NCBI GenBank assembly: GCA_048267165.1
Contig: JBLWYD010000003.1
Span: forward strand, 60,707-124,706
Source: Bacteroidota bacterium
GTDB taxonomy: Bacteria > Bacteroidota > Ignavibacteria > Kapaibacteriales > UBA2268
Reading direction: 5' to 3'
Length of the DNA: 64,000 bases
Both the position numbers and the translations under genes were made by a program. Positions 30,546-41,799 of this stretch are shown here, piece by piece. Positions within the stretch are counted from its first letter, which is position 1. Each line of letters opens with the position of its first letter. The notes beneath the pieces are model-generated. The model worked only from the letters and a program-made list of their open reading frames with translations. It was not told the DNA's origin and did not search any database.

Positions 30546-30605
30546 TCGTTCCACTTCAACTTCTACAAATTAAAACAACGCTACTAGAATAGTCCAATTA
30601 TTCTT

Positions 30606-31754
30606 ATGTTTGTAACTATGCAAGAAGCTAATCCAAAGAATAGAATTGTATTCATAGACCTAGTGCGTGCCTATGCCATCTTGATGATGGTGCAAGGACA
30701 CTTAGTTGATGCTTGTTTGGATCCTATTTTCCGTGACCCCAACAATATAATCTATTCTACTTGGAACTTCATGAGGGGTATGACTGCTCCCGTTTTCTTC
30801 TTCTCATCGGGTATGATATTCACGTACCTACTTATGAAAGAAGAGCATAAATCTGGCATTGGGTTTAAGAATGCGAGAGTCAAAAAAGGATTCGTTAGGT
30901 TTACCTCGCTTATCTTCATCGGCTATCTACTCCATTTCAATTTCTGGATTATATGGGATTTGCTCGATGGTACGCTCGATAAGGGTTACCACAGTATGCT
31001 CGTAGTCGATGTACTGCATATTATAGGAACCGCCATACTGCTAATAGTACTTACTTATCTATTAGCTACATACACTAGAATCAAAGTCTATGCACTTATG
31101 CTAATAGGGGCATTAGCTACGTTTTACTATTATCCAGATGTGGAACCGTTCGATTTCACTTATTTACCAGAGTTTTTGTCTAATTATTTGGCAAAAGGAA
31201 AACAATTTAGCTTCACAATAGTCCCTTGGGTAGGCTATTCGCTGTTTGGAAGTGTATTGGGTATATTCGTCTGGACTCGGCCCAAATCTATAAACTCTTA
31301 CTTACTCGCATTTATATTTATGGTATCGGGCTTCCTACTTCATTTCTATTCTACCGATATGCTATTAGATTTGCATAGATTTACTGGTTGGATGAACTTC
31401 AAACATTTAGCTTTCAATAATTACCTATTCTACCGCCTAGGTCACGTATTTATAGTAGTTTCTATATTCATGGTAATCAATAACGTATTCAAGAATATAC
31501 CTAAGTTAATACCTAAGATAGGCACTGAGACTTTGACTATTTACATAGTCCATGCTTTTGTTATTTACGGGTCTATATTCCAATTTGGGATAGCTCAAAA
31601 CTTTGGCAAAGCATTGACCCCTTGGGAATGCTTTGCCTTAGCTTTGACGCTTGAGATTTTCTTTGTGGCATTGGTTTACTATATAAAACCAATTAGAGCA
31701 TATCTGAAAGAATTGGGTTACAAATTAAAACTTGTAGCTAAACCCAAGACCTAG
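30606..31754 (+). CDS. polytopic membrane protein, acyltransferase-3 / DUF1624 (HGSNAT-like) family candidate
   Basis: Ten or more hydrophobic helices. N-terminal RIVFIDLVRAYAILMMVQGH motif. Its 3' end overlaps the convergent gene by 30 bp. Confidence 0.45.
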   Translation: MFVTMQEANPKNRIVFIDLVRAYAILMMVQGHLVDACLDPIFRDPNNIIYSTWNFMRGMTAPVFFFSSGMIFTYLLMKEEHKSGIGFKNARVKKGFVRFTSLIFIGYLLHFNFWIIWDLLDGTLDKGYHSMLVVDVLHIIGTAILLIVLTYLLATYTRIKVYALMLIGALATFYYYPDVEPFDFTYLPEFLSNYLAKGKQFSFTIVPWVGYSLFGSVLGIFVWTRPKSINSYLLAFIFMVSGFLLHFYSTDMLLDLHRFTGWMNFKHLAFNNYLFYRLGHVFIVVSIFMVINNVFKNIPKLIPKIGTETLTIYIVHAFVIYGSIFQFGIAQNFGKALTPWECFALALTLEIFFVALVYYIKPIRAYLKELGYKLKLVAKPKT

Positions 31755-32660
31755 AGTCTGCTTTACTTGCAATCTACGACCTACACCGTCTGATACTTCA
31801 GCTCCGTCAACTTCTTTGAATAGAGGAACCAATATATCGTGATCATAAATCAAATGAGCAAACATATTAACTGTTATATACTTATTAACTGTTAGGTTTA
31901 ACGAATTTTCCCAGTTAATGTCTATATTAGCTCTATTGTCTGCATTTGGGTCAGTGTAGTTGTTGAATAAGTCTAACTTAGATTTGAAAGTTATGTTTTC
32001 CATTACTTCTTTTTTGAAATCCAAAGTCGCATACGCACCAAATTCCAAACGAGTCTTCTCGCCAGGAGTAACACCATAAGCACCTTGATCTGAAAGAATA
32101 TCATCATTGACGATCGTCATCTTACCAGTAGCTGGTGATAGATAGAATGAGAGATCGGCATTCGGCTTATAAGTCATACCGGCGGATAGTATCACATAAG
32201 CGGGAGCAAGGAAATTCGATACTTCGACTGAATCGTTAGGGTAATTATAACCTTCTACGAATTGAGATTTGAAGTTCAATTTGGCAGTATAATAAAGCTT
32301 ATTAGCAGCAATATGGTTGAAATTAGATAGTATATCTATCTTATCTTCATTCTTACGAGTACCGAACTCGTCAGTATTGATTAAACCATAACCGAAATCA
32401 AATACGTTTTCCCAGATTGTAAGTGAGTCATCATAAGTTATATTATAGTTAAGCAAAGCCGTACCAGAAACAGAATTATTACCACCCTGCGCCCAGTTAG
32501 TGAACGATGCCTGATTTACTAACAGCTGAGCATTACCTTTCGTTAACCAATAGTTAGTAGTATCAGATTGGGCAAAAGATAGTGAACTAGTAAGCAAGAT
32601 TGCCGTGAGAATTATTAATATTTTCTTCATTATTATATCTATGTAATTTATAAAGTGCAA
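31725..32660 (-). CDS. outer-membrane beta-barrel protein (DUF3078-like)
   Basis: Signal peptide ending in FAQ. Alternating amphipathic strands. C-terminal ...LGLGFSYKF with a terminal Phe. Confidence 0.45.
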   Translation of the reverse strand: MHFINYIDIIMKKILIILTAILLTSSLSFAQSDTTNYWLTKGNAQLLVNQASFTNWAQGGNNSVSGTALLNYNITYDDSLTIWENVFDFGYGLINTDEFGTRKNEDKIDILSNFNHIAANKLYYTAKLNFKSQFVEGYNYPNDSVEVSNFLAPAYVILSAGMTYKPNADLSFYLSPATGKMTIVNDDILSDQGAYGVTPGEKTRLEFGAYATLDFKKEVMENITFKSKLDLFNNYTDPNADNRANIDINWENSLNLTVNKYITVNMFAHLIYDHDILVPLFKEVDGAEVSDGVGRRLQVKQTLGLGFSYKF

Positions 32661-32753
32661 ATTTATGAAAATTTATTCAGATAGTGAATACTAGATGAAG
32701 TGCAAGCAAATTATCATTCGTGCGTTGCTGAAAAAATACGCCTCTACAATTCA

Positions 32754-32790
32754 CCGCAAAAAAAAAGACGCATTTTGCAATGCGTCTTCG
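32754..32790 (-). terminator. rho-independent terminator for lysS (minus strand)
   Basis: On the minus strand: GACGCATTGCAAAATGCGTC hairpin followed by T9. Confidence 0.7.
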
Positions 32791-32824
32791 AATAACTTAT
32801 TATCTATATTTCTTCGCGGTTTGT

Positions 32825-34330
32825 TTATACCTGCTTTTCTGGTTTCATCTGAGGGAAGAATAGAACATCGCGGATAGATTTTTGTGCTGTTAGTAGCATC
32901 ACCAATCTGTCTATACCGATACCCAAACCAGCGGCTGGTGGCATTCCAATTTCTAGCGATTGCAAGAAATCTTCGTCTAGTTCCATTGCTTCATCGTCTC
33001 CCCCAGCTTTTGCTTTTGCTTGTTCTTCGAATCTTGCTCTTTGGTCACGAGGATCGTTCAGCTCACTGAATGCGTTTGCCATTTCAGAACCATTTATAAA
33101 TAGCTCGAATCGCTCTACTATTCCTTCTTCTGTTCTGTGCTTTTTCGCTAATGGACTCATCTCTAGTGGATAGTCTATTACGAATGTTGGTTGTATTAGC
33201 TTCGGCTCTACGAATTCACCGAATATTTCATCCAATACCTTAGATGAAGATGCACCCGGTTCAATCGCAACTTTTAGCTCTTTCGCCGCTGCTTTTAATT
33301 CGTCTAGGTTCAGACCTTTTAGGTTCTTTCCTGCATGCTCTTCTATCAATCCGTAGAATGATAAGCGTGGGAAATTGTTAGACAAATCTATAGTCAGTTC
33401 ATCGAATTGGATTTCCATTTTGCCATTGACTTCATTAGCTATATGCTTGATTAGCTCTTCCGTCATATCCATCATCCAGTTGTAGTCTTTGTAAGCTACA
33501 TAGATTTCCATCATAGTGAATTCTGGGTTGTGACTTCTGTCCATACCTTCGTTACGGAAGTTCTTGCTAATTTCATACACACCTTCAAATCCACCTACTA
33601 GCAAACGCTTTAAGTATAGTTCTAAAGCTATTCGCATATACAAATCTACATCAAGAGTATTGTGGTGAGTGATAAAAGGACGTGCCGCAGCACCACCATA
33701 AAGTGGCTGCAATATAGGTGTTTCAACTTCTAACCAACCTTTATTATCGAAGAATCGACGCATAGCAGAAATAATCTTAGAGCGTTTGATGAATACTGGA
33801 CGTACATCGCTATTTACGACTAAGTCTATATAGCGCTTTCTGTATCTCATCTCTTTATCAGCAAAAGCGTCGTGTACAGTCTTGTTACCGTCTTCATCTA
33901 TCTCTTCTTTTGCAATAGGCAGCGGAGAAAGTGATTTTGCTAACAGAGTTACATCTTTACCGTAAACTGTAGTTTCTTTAGTTTTTGTTTTGAATACGTG
34001 ACCTTTGATGCCGATGAAATCACCGATATCTAGTAAGTTCAGAGCTTCGTAGAAATCAGGAATATCATCTTTTTTTACATAGACCTGTATTCTACCTTCT
34101 TGATCCATTATATTAAGGAATGATGCCTTGCCCATACGGCGGATACTCATTATACGACCAGCAATAGCAACTTTCTCGAATTGCTCTGGTTTTTCTTCGT
34201 CAAATTTCTCAGCTATCTCTACAGAAGAGTGAGTTTTATCGAAAGAATAGGGGTAAGGGTCTATACCCATTTGCTCCAAATGAGCTAATTCTTCTTCCCT
34301 TCTGAGCTGTTGGTCATTTTTTTTTGCCAT
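32825..34330 (-). CDS. lysS: lysine--tRNA ligase (class II)
   Basis: 501 aa. N-terminal OB anticodon-binding domain and class II motifs (...[20 protein letters not shown]..., [14 protein letters not shown]). Confidence 0.9.
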   Translation of the reverse strand: MAKKNDQQLRREEELAHLEQMGIDPYPYSFDKTHSSVEIAEKFDEEKPEQFEKVAIAGRIMSIRRMGKASFLNIMDQEGRIQVYVKKDDIPDFYEALNLLDIGDFIGIKGHVFKTKTKETTVYGKDVTLLAKSLSPLPIAKEEIDEDGNKTVHDAFADKEMRYRKRYIDLVVNSDVRPVFIKRSKIISAMRRFFDNKGWLEVETPILQPLYGGAAARPFITHHNTLDVDLYMRIALELYLKRLLVGGFEGVYEISKNFRNEGMDRSHNPEFTMMEIYVAYKDYNWMMDMTEELIKHIANEVNGKMEIQFDELTIDLSNNFPRLSFYGLIEEHAGKNLKGLNLDELKAAAKELKVAIEPGASSSKVLDEIFGEFVEPKLIQPTFVIDYPLEMSPLAKKHRTEEGIVERFELFINGSEMANAFSELNDPRDQRARFEEQAKAKAGGDDEAMELDEDFLQSLEIGMPPAAGLGIGIDRLVMLLTAQKSIRDVLFFPQMKPEKQV

Positions 34331-34486
34331 TATTCTAATTTTTTTAGTTTATATACGTGATTATTAATAGATTGCAAAATTAGTAATAATTTTAACTAAT
34401 TATAGTTAAATTGCTTATTAGTTGAGTACAATTTTGTAACTTTACAATAACTTAGCGTTAATATTAACAAATTTGTTAGGAAATCT

Positions 34487-35047
34487 TTGGGTAAAACTAA
34501 TTTTGGCAACCGTAATATGCCAAGTTCGAAGAATAAGACACGCATCAACGATGAACTGCGTGGCAAGGAATTTAGAGTGATTTCGCCTACTGGCGAGATG
34601 CTTGGTGTACTTAGTAAATTGGCTGCACTGCGTAAAGCAGAGGAGTTTGGTTTGGATTTGGTAGAAATATCACCGAACGCAAAACCGCCTGTTTGTAAAA
34701 TTATTGATTTTGGTAAGTATCAATACGAGCAAGCTAAAAAAGATAAGATGCAGCGTAAAAATCAGCAACAACAACAATTGAAAGAACTTCGATTTAAGCC
34801 GGGTACGGAAAAACACGATTTCGATTTCAAAACGAAACACGCACGTGGATTTTTGGAAGCTGGTAATAAAGTGAAGGCCTCGGTTATGTTCCGTGGTCGA
34901 GAAATAACTCACAAAGAATATGGAAGAGATCTATTAGAAAGATTCGTCAAAGAGCTAGAAGACGTATCCAAAATAGATGTAGATATTAAAATGGAAGGGC
35001 GTAATATGATGGTATTACTATCTCCAATAAAACCGCAGAAAAAATAA
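34487..35047 (+). CDS. infC: translation initiation factor IF-3
   Basis: KNKTRINDELRGKEFRVISPTGEMLGV... is canonical IF-3. The track ORF begins at a TTG. The real start may be a non-canonical codon or the ATG at 34517. Confidence 0.85.
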   Translation: MGKTNFGNRNMPSSKNKTRINDELRGKEFRVISPTGEMLGVLSKLAALRKAEEFGLDLVEISPNAKPPVCKIIDFGKYQYEQAKKDKMQRKNQQQQQLKELRFKPGTEKHDFDFKTKHARGFLEAGNKVKASVMFRGREITHKEYGRDLLERFVKELEDVSKIDVDIKMEGRNMMVLLSPIKPQKK

Positions 35048-35141
35048 TTTGTAATTTGTTAACAAATTAATTAGTTTTGGAGTTCCAATAATCAAAATGT
35101 TGGGACTTTTTTTTGTAATTAAAATACAATAGAGCAACAAA

Positions 35142-35339
35142 ATGCCAAAGATGAAATCAAATTCTTCAGCGAAGAAAAGATTCAAGAAGACAGCTTCGGG
35201 AGAATTCAAAAGAGAAAAAGCTTACAAAAGCCATATCTTGACTAAGAAGACTTCTAAGAGAAAGAGAAATTTGCGTAAAGCAACATTAATTTCAGCAGTA
35301 GATAAAAAATCTGTTAGAAGAATGTTACCTAATGCTTAA
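35142..35339 (+). CDS. rpmI: 50S ribosomal protein L35
   Basis: [24 protein letters not shown]... 65 aa. It lies in an infC-rpmI-rplT arrangement. Confidence 0.85.
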   Translation: MPKMKSNSSAKKRFKKTASGEFKREKAYKSHILTKKTSKRKRNLRKATLISAVDKKSVRRMLPNA

Positions 35340-35435
35340 TCACTCTTTTTAGAGACAATTTAATTAATTGCAAACGGGGCGAGTAGCTCTCCCTAAGCAA
35401 CCTTATAAACACCTATTATTTTTTGAGGTATAATC

Positions 35436-35780
35436 ATGGCTAGAGCCAGAAATAAAGTAGCTGCCAAACAAAGAAAGAAAAAGATCTTTAAACTTGCCAA
35501 AGGTTATTGGGGATCGAGAAAAAATGTTTGGACTATAGCTAAAAACCACGTTGAGAAAGGTTTATCACACGCTTATTCAGGTCGTAAGTTAAAGAAAAGA
35601 ACTTACAGAAGACTTTGGATAACAAGAATAAACGCTGCAGCAAGATTGAACGACACTACTTATTCTAAATTGATGTTCAGCTTGAAAAAAGGCAACATCG
35701 AAATAAACAGAAAAGTACTTGCTGACTTCGCTATGAACAAACCAGAAGTGTTCAAAGCTATAGTAGATAAAGTTAAGTAG
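35436..35780 (+). CDS. rplT: 50S ribosomal protein L20
   Basis: [30 protein letters not shown]... 114 aa. Confidence 0.9.
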   Translation: MARARNKVAAKQRKKKIFKLAKGYWGSRKNVWTIAKNHVEKGLSHAYSGRKLKKRTYRRLWITRINAAARLNDTTYSKLMFSLKKGNIEINRKVLADFAMNKPEVFKAIVDKVK

Positions 35781-35809
35781 ATATTACTTAACCGAACGAA
35801 ATATAGATT

Positions 35810-35838
35810 AGCCGACTTACAATAGTTGGCTTTTTTTT
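35810..35838 (+). terminator. rho-independent terminator after rplT
   Basis: AGCCGACT...AGTTGGCT stem with one G-U pair, followed by T8. Confidence 0.7.
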
Positions 35839-35864
35839 GCCCTAAATTGACTTAGGAAATGTTA

Positions 35865-36305
35865 TTAGTACTCTTCACGAAGGGTTTTGATTGAGTTTGT
35901 ATCTAACACCCAATCTAATCCAATTGAGTTTAGACCATTTTTTAATTTTTTGTAGCCTGTCCAAAGTGAAGCAGTTAATTCTAAACTTAGTGCAACGAAT
36001 GGTGCATCAAACTCATCAATAGGCTTGACTAAATCAATAGCTTTATTCCAATTCTCATCACCTATTATACCTAAATCTATAATTTCAATTTTATTGAAAA
36101 GAATCCTATTTAGGAATTCTAGTTCGATAGGCTGTAGTCCGGAAATGCTACACAGTTTAGCACGGTGTTTTTCAAGTTCTTCAATGATACTATGGGGTGA
36201 GTAAAAATCAAATTTACTATCAGAATTCAGTAGTAGGTCACTTATTTTTCCATTAGGTGTTAGTAGTGCACTAAACACGATATTAGTATCTACAACTATT
36301 TTCAC
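35865..36305 (-). CDS. PIN-domain protein (VapC-like toxin)
   Basis: MKIVVDTNIVFSAL... with conserved acidic residues (DTN, IDEFDAPFVALS). It has a 4-bp overlap with the upstream small ORF. Confidence 0.7.
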   Translation of the reverse strand: MKIVVDTNIVFSALLTPNGKISDLLLNSDSKFDFYSPHSIIEELEKHRAKLCSISGLQPIELEFLNRILFNKIEIIDLGIIGDENWNKAIDLVKPIDEFDAPFVALSLELTASLWTGYKKLKNGLNSIGLDWVLDTNSIKTLREEY

Positions 36306-36505
36306 TTTATAAATTTATCTTTATTGCTACTCCACCAGTCTGATTTAGATTCACGAGCCAAATTATTAATCTCAGTTTCATTAGCTTTACTTCTCGAAGC
36401 AATCTCTCTGAACTTAATAAAATCAATTAGTCGTTGTAAACCTGTTATATCAGTATCAGAAGGAATCTTTATAATTATTTCATTATTTATTCTTTCTATA
36501 ACCAT
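36302..36505 (-). CDS. putative antitoxin partner of the PIN toxin
   Basis: 67-aa ORF translationally coupled upstream of the PIN gene. No family was recognised. Confidence 0.45.
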   Translation of the reverse strand: MVIERINNEIIIKIPSDTDITGLQRLIDFIKFREIASRSKANETEINNLARESKSDWWSSNKDKFIK

Positions 36506-36628
36506 TTTCTTACTCCTCTTTTATATTATAACGAGTAACTCAATTTAATTGTTGTAATTTATAAGATTATTTCTCCAATACTAACTCGTATTTACTATTG
36601 GAAGGTCAGAGATATTCAACCAAATTTC

Positions 36629-38098
36629 TCATTCTCGTTTACGTCTTTTGTACGGATTTTTTCTTTTCATTGACTTTGGTGGCTCGGTATCAGTTAACTC
36701 TATAAGATAGATTGATTTTCTAAGTTCTTTAACTTTCGAGACTAATGGCAATTCACTTAGTTTATCCTCTGCTTCAGTTTCAAAATTAATATTTTGATCC
36801 TTTAAGAAGCCCTCAATATATTTAGTTTTTAGTGTATAGCCAACATTGTTTGCTAATACAATCCCTGAATTTACTATTCCAATAAAGTTGCCATTATTAT
36901 CAAAACAAGGGGAACCACTATTACCCGGTTGGATTGGTGCTGAAATTTGATATTCCTTCAGATTACCCCCAATTCCAGAAGTAGAACTTATTAAACCATC
37001 TGTTAGTTTTATATCATCGCCCATCATTGTTGACATTGGGTATCCCAATACGAAGACTTTTTCGGAAATTGATTTTTCCCCTTCTGCTTTTGCAAAAGCA
37101 ACATTTCTTAATTTGATAGTAGAGTCAACCAAACGCAGCACCGCCAGATCAAGTTGTTTATCCGTGTACACAACATAAGCTTCGTACTTATTATTAAAAT
37201 CCCCATTTATACCTTTTATGAAAATTACTAACTCATCATCTGTGATTCCATGGTTACAAGTCAAAATATTCTTATCATCCAAAGCAAAGCCCGTTAATGA
37301 ATTAACTGGCACTTCATAATTCCCAGAATCAGGATATACACTTATATATGTAGTTAATTTATCATTTGAATAAACTCTTAAGTTTTTGTTATCAATCTTT
37401 GCTGTTCCATTTAGGTTTAAACATTTGTTTATATCAAACTTTTGAATTTCGTATAGATTTTCTTTTTCGGTAGTTTTCAAATAGCCATAAATATCGCCAC
37501 TTTCCCAAGTACGGTGCGGCTCTGTTAAGCCTATTAGATAACGTACATCCTCAAAACCGGATAAGTAAATCATCTTATATTCCGATTCACTTACATTAAT
37601 AACACCAAATTTAAGTGTAACCAATTCTTTAGTATAGGGGTTTAGAAATTCATGTAAGTAAATGCCTTCTAACGGTTTTAGTTCCCTGCTTTCTAATTCT
37701 TTTTCAAGAGTTATCTCGTTGAATTCAGTTTTTTCGAAATCAGGCACAAGATAGAGTTTCCCCTTAAAAATATCCGAATGTAAAGAATTCCCAACTTCAT
37801 CAATCATAACAAAATTCCCACCATATTCTTTGATGTCATTTTCGAGAACAGAAAGCATCTCTCTTTCGGTAGGCACTTGAACTCCAGTTAGTTTGAAATT
37901 AACTGAAAAATCTCCAATATACTTCGCACTATCAGGAAGTTCACAATGATTTTTAAAAAATACATAAATTGGTTTGTCGTTTTTTATGGGGGGCATGTAA
38001 TTTTTACCCACAATACGGGTAGAAAAGTTACTGCAAGAAGTTAGAATGACGGCACTAAGTATTAATATTAAGACTGATCTCATTTCTTTAAATTCCAT
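36629..38098 (-). CDS. trypsin-like (S1 family) serine peptidase lipoprotein
   Basis: Lipobox LTSCS. Catalytic triad context: LTCNHG (His), DLAVLRL (Asp), GNSGSP (Ser). Confidence 0.7.
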   Translation of the reverse strand: MEFKEMRSVLILILSAVILTSCSNFSTRIVGKNYMPPIKNDKPIYVFFKNHCELPDSAKYIGDFSVNFKLTGVQVPTEREMLSVLENDIKEYGGNFVMIDEVGNSLHSDIFKGKLYLVPDFEKTEFNEITLEKELESRELKPLEGIYLHEFLNPYTKELVTLKFGVINVSESEYKMIYLSGFEDVRYLIGLTEPHRTWESGDIYGYLKTTEKENLYEIQKFDINKCLNLNGTAKIDNKNLRVYSNDKLTTYISVYPDSGNYEVPVNSLTGFALDDKNILTCNHGITDDELVIFIKGINGDFNNKYEAYVVYTDKQLDLAVLRLVDSTIKLRNVAFAKAEGEKSISEKVFVLGYPMSTMMGDDIKLTDGLISSTSGIGGNLKEYQISAPIQPGNSGSPCFDNNGNFIGIVNSGIVLANNVGYTLKTKYIEGFLKDQNINFETEAEDKLSELPLVSKVKELRKSIYLIELTDTEPPKSMKRKNPYKRRKRE

Positions 38099-38255
38099 TT
38101 ATAAAAACAAAAAGAAAGAATATTATTCTATTATTATGCTTTGAAATTAAAAGCTTTTTTAATTCATAATTCTCTCTACTTTGAATATAATGAAATTAAA
38201 CTTCATTACAACTAATAAAGGCAGCTCACTTATACATAATTCTAAATATTTTAAA

Positions 38256-39527
38256 TTACCTAACTACCACAAAAGTTTCTTCCTCAATTATCTCTCCGTT
38301 ATTTTCCAATACTAGATTGTACTTGCCACTAGATAAATCTGATATATTTAAGACATGGGAAAACTCTGATTCTTTTACCAAATTACCTTGCAGGTCATAG
38401 ATTTTGATAGCATCGAAAGCAGCAATTGTGTTTAGTACAATCTGGTCGCTTGCTGGGTTTGGTGATATTAGTGGTATTTCAGGTTTGTAGTCTATATCAG
38501 TGGTTACGAATAATGCTGAAATCTTCTCCCAGAGCTTAGTGTCATACGATGAAAGAGCAAAATTGCTATCACCAGCGTCGTCACCTACTCTAACTACTAC
38601 CATATTCATAGATGGGATTATGTAAATCTTCTGATCATTTTTTCCTAGAGCTGCATACATATCCATAGGAGCAGTCGGAGTTAATGGACCATCGAGCACT
38701 ACGTCGAAACCCGGTAACTTGTATTTGTCCTTACCGTTAAGCCACCATAAGTAGCCATATGACTGGTTCATTTCTTGCGAAGTATTTATCATGTCATTAT
38801 AGTATTTGGGGTCTAGCTGGAAGTCATCGCCCCACTTACCACCTGCCGCTATAAATGAGCCAAACCGAGCCAAATCTCTCGTCTTGCCCCATCGTACATA
38901 GTCTATCCATATACCACCCATTCCTATTTTATTACCAATAAGCTGGTTTGTGACATGATTAATCCTTTTGTCATAAACTGAATCTAGTACATCGAGCAAT
39001 AAGCGATATGGTGCGTTGTGGTAATACCAGTGAGTTCCCGCTTCATTTAAAAAAGTAAGGCATTCGGGTGTCATACAATCAGAATCTACTCCCTTATAGT
39101 TTAGACCCGTTGACATAGAGAGGTTATGTTGAATCTTTATATTTCGCTCTTTTTCTTGCTCCATACTCGTCCAGCCATTACCGAGGTAATCAGAAGTCGG
39201 ATCGTTTATATCGAGCATTCCTTCTTGCTGAGCTATACCTATCATAGCACTAGTTAACGTCTTACCTGCTGATGCCCAATACCAGAATTTATCCTTATCG
39301 TGATCACCGAAGTACTCCTCTATCACCATCTTACCATCGACTAGTATAATGAAGCCCTTACTATTAGTGGTGTCGAGGAAATTTATCAGTTCATTGACTT
39401 TTGGTGGGCTCCATCCCATTTCAGAAATAGGAGTTGCTACCCAATCATCAGAATCGATAGGTGGAAAATAATAATCGCCTGCCGAAGCAGTAGTTAATGC
39501 TAGTAAAAATAGTATAAGTGTTTTCAT
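38256..39527 (-). CDS. beta-lactamase-fold serine hydrolase with a T9SS C-terminal sorting domain
   Basis: SxxK (WASAGKT) and YxN (YHN) motifs. C-terminal ISPNPASDQIVL...GKYNLVLENNGEIIEEETFVVVR. Confidence 0.55.
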   Translation of the reverse strand: MKTLILFLLALTTASAGDYYFPPIDSDDWVATPISEMGWSPPKVNELINFLDTTNSKGFIILVDGKMVIEEYFGDHDKDKFWYWASAGKTLTSAMIGIAQQEGMLDINDPTSDYLGNGWTSMEQEKERNIKIQHNLSMSTGLNYKGVDSDCMTPECLTFLNEAGTHWYYHNAPYRLLLDVLDSVYDKRINHVTNQLIGNKIGMGGIWIDYVRWGKTRDLARFGSFIAAGGKWGDDFQLDPKYYNDMINTSQEMNQSYGYLWWLNGKDKYKLPGFDVVLDGPLTPTAPMDMYAALGKNDQKIYIIPSMNMVVVRVGDDAGDSNFALSSYDTKLWEKISALFVTTDIDYKPEIPLISPNPASDQIVLNTIAAFDAIKIYDLQGNLVKESEFSHVLNISDLSSGKYNLVLENNGEIIEEETFVVVR

Positions 39528-39637
39528 AATTGTATGACATTTAATTTGTTCAATGGTTTAATATAGGGAGAAAAAGGTTAAACATAAAATATAAAAGTTC
39601 GTATATTGGGGAACTGAACACTTAAATATACAATCCA

Positions 39638-41092
39638 TTGCAAAAGCTATATATAATTATTGCGATTATCCTGATGAGCTTGCTTCTCCAAGCTTGCCCA
39701 TCATCAATAGTGAAAAACTTGGAAAGGCGTGATGCACTAATAGATAGCTTACGTAAGAATCAAAGCACTAATTATCTAAGTAAGTCTGTTAGTTACGAAG
39801 GTATTGCTACTTCTGACTCGGCAAAGAGTTCCCGATCGGAAAACCAAGAAACTATTAATTACAATGTAAATGTCATTAGTACTAACTCTTCGGAATATCC
39901 CCAAAAGGTATCAATAGACTTAGTAATATCGGATACAAATGGTCGATATCTGACTAATCTTGCACCTCCGTACAATCTTGATTATAAGGGAATATGGGAA
40001 GGGCTAACTGACTCTTGTGGATTAGAAGAATGCTCAATTAAAAACCTAGAGATTGAAGAAATACAGATGGACAATAGCCCCAAATACGCTATTGCCTTCC
40101 TGCTAGACCACTCACCATCTATGGGTTTAGACAAAATAAAAAAACTGCAACAAGGGGTAATAGAACTAGTGCAGTATCTCAAAGAACCGGACATGGTTTC
40201 GATTACCAAATTCACTAGTGAGATGTATAGTCCCATAAACCTGACTCGTGATAAATTCAATGTTTTAGATTCCTTCAAAGTAGATGGTATGAAGGGGATA
40301 TCAAGTTTTGGTACATTCTACTTTGATGCTATAAATACCGGAATAGAGCAGCTGAAAAATGCACCAGAGGACTACGAGAAAATAATAATAGCATTCACAG
40401 ACGGTGGCGATACTGGGTCAGAAAATAACAAAGATGGAATAAGTAATCTATTAGCACAAAGTGATGTAAAGCTGTTTAATGTTGGCTATGGACTTGCTGA
40501 TACTGAAATACTACGAGGTCTTTCTGAAGCATCTAATGGGAAGTTCTATATGACTGTTTCTAGTAAAGAATTCCCTTATGTATTGAGAGATATTTACTTG
40601 AAGCTATCAAATTATTATCGTATTACTTATGAGGTAGAGGACTGCCCGAATCTACATAATGTAACTATACCGATTAATCTGGCTGGTAATATAGCAAGTA
40701 TTGAGGGTAGAACTTCCTATTTTATAACTGACAATAAAGAAAGAAAAGTAGGCGATATTGTATTTCTTAATATAGAATTTGACGTACGCGAGAGCACTAT
40801 AACTGATAAGAAATCACTATCCGAAATCCGTAATATAGCAAATTGGATGGCTGCAAATAACAGCCGTAAGATACTGATAAAAGGACATACAGATGACACT
40901 GGCGATAAAGAGTACAACCAAGAACTTTCTACCAAAAGAGCTAATGCTGTAAAAAATGAGTTAGTCCGCTTAGGTATAGATGACAACAGAATAACCGTAA
41001 AAGGGTTCGGGTCATCCAAACCACTAGCCCCGAATGATAGCGAAGAGAATAAACAAAAAAATAGACGAACTGAAATAGAGGTAGTAGAATGA
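39638..41092 (+). CDS. vWA-domain lipoprotein with a C-terminal OmpA-like peptidoglycan-binding domain
   Basis: Lipobox LLQAC. MIDAS motif DHSPSMG. C-terminal OmpA domain (KGHTDDTGDKEYNQELSTKRANAV...NRRTEIEVV). Confidence 0.7.
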   Translation: MQKLYIIIAIILMSLLLQACPSSIVKNLERRDALIDSLRKNQSTNYLSKSVSYEGIATSDSAKSSRSENQETINYNVNVISTNSSEYPQKVSIDLVISDTNGRYLTNLAPPYNLDYKGIWEGLTDSCGLEECSIKNLEIEEIQMDNSPKYAIAFLLDHSPSMGLDKIKKLQQGVIELVQYLKEPDMVSITKFTSEMYSPINLTRDKFNVLDSFKVDGMKGISSFGTFYFDAINTGIEQLKNAPEDYEKIIIAFTDGGDTGSENNKDGISNLLAQSDVKLFNVGYGLADTEILRGLSEASNGKFYMTVSSKEFPYVLRDIYLKLSNYYRITYEVEDCPNLHNVTIPINLAGNIASIEGRTSYFITDNKERKVGDIVFLNIEFDVRESTITDKKSLSEIRNIANWMAANNSRKILIKGHTDDTGDKEYNQELSTKRANAVKNELVRLGIDDNRITVKGFGSSKPLAPNDSEENKQKNRRTEIEVVE

Positions 41093-41799
41093 GGCATCTA
41101 GCTATTATTATTGCGATCCTTTTTTCATTGCCTAATTTACTCATCTCAGGAGTTACGTTTGAGAGTGACACTATCAAAGGCGGAAATAATAACGCACTAG
41201 AGCTAAAGCTGAATATTGATGAATTGGATAGTGAATCTGAACTCGAATTTGATTTGATAGTTTCTAATCCAAGCGTTTGTACTATCACTAGTATTAGTGC
41301 CAATGAACATATTCTTACTAGTAGTATAACGAATAATATACGTGGTTACTTTTCCTTTAGAATGACAGTCGATAGTGAGGTCAAAGAAATTATCTTACTT
41401 GGCAAATTACTATCTGGGAATGACAGCACTTGCACAATCTCACTTGAGAATGTAGTGATTAACGGCAATCCATCATCATCAGATACTTTGGTTCTCCAAA
41501 ATACATTAGCTTATAGTGTTGGTCCATATTTGCGTTTCCTCTATAATTCAGCCCCTTTCCCAAACCCGCTGAAATCAGGTGAAATATCAACCATTACTAT
41601 ATTCAATGATAAAGATATCAGCATAGATGTATATATTCACGACATCAAAGGGCAGCCATACGATTACAAGAAAATAGATTATAAAAAAGGTGAGAATAAT
41701 ATAGAGTTTAGTACAGATGGCTACGCAGCTGGCACTTACTACATTTCTGGCTTTTCTGAGTTAGGGAACTTCTTCGAAAAAATAGTGGTTTACAAATGA
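41089..41799 (+). CDS. small secreted protein with a T9SS C-terminal sorting domain
   Basis: Signal peptide. C-terminal APFPNP...AGTYYISGFSELGNFFEKIVVYK. It has 4-bp overlaps with both neighbours. Confidence 0.55.
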   Translation: MRHLAIIIAILFSLPNLLISGVTFESDTIKGGNNNALELKLNIDELDSESELEFDLIVSNPSVCTITSISANEHILTSSITNNIRGYFSFRMTVDSEVKEIILLGKLLSGNDSTCTISLENVVINGNPSSSDTLVLQNTLAYSVGPYLRFLYNSAPFPNPLKSGEISTITIFNDKDISIDVYIHDIKGQPYDYKKIDYKKGENNIEFSTDGYAAGTYYISGFSELGNFFEKIVVYK

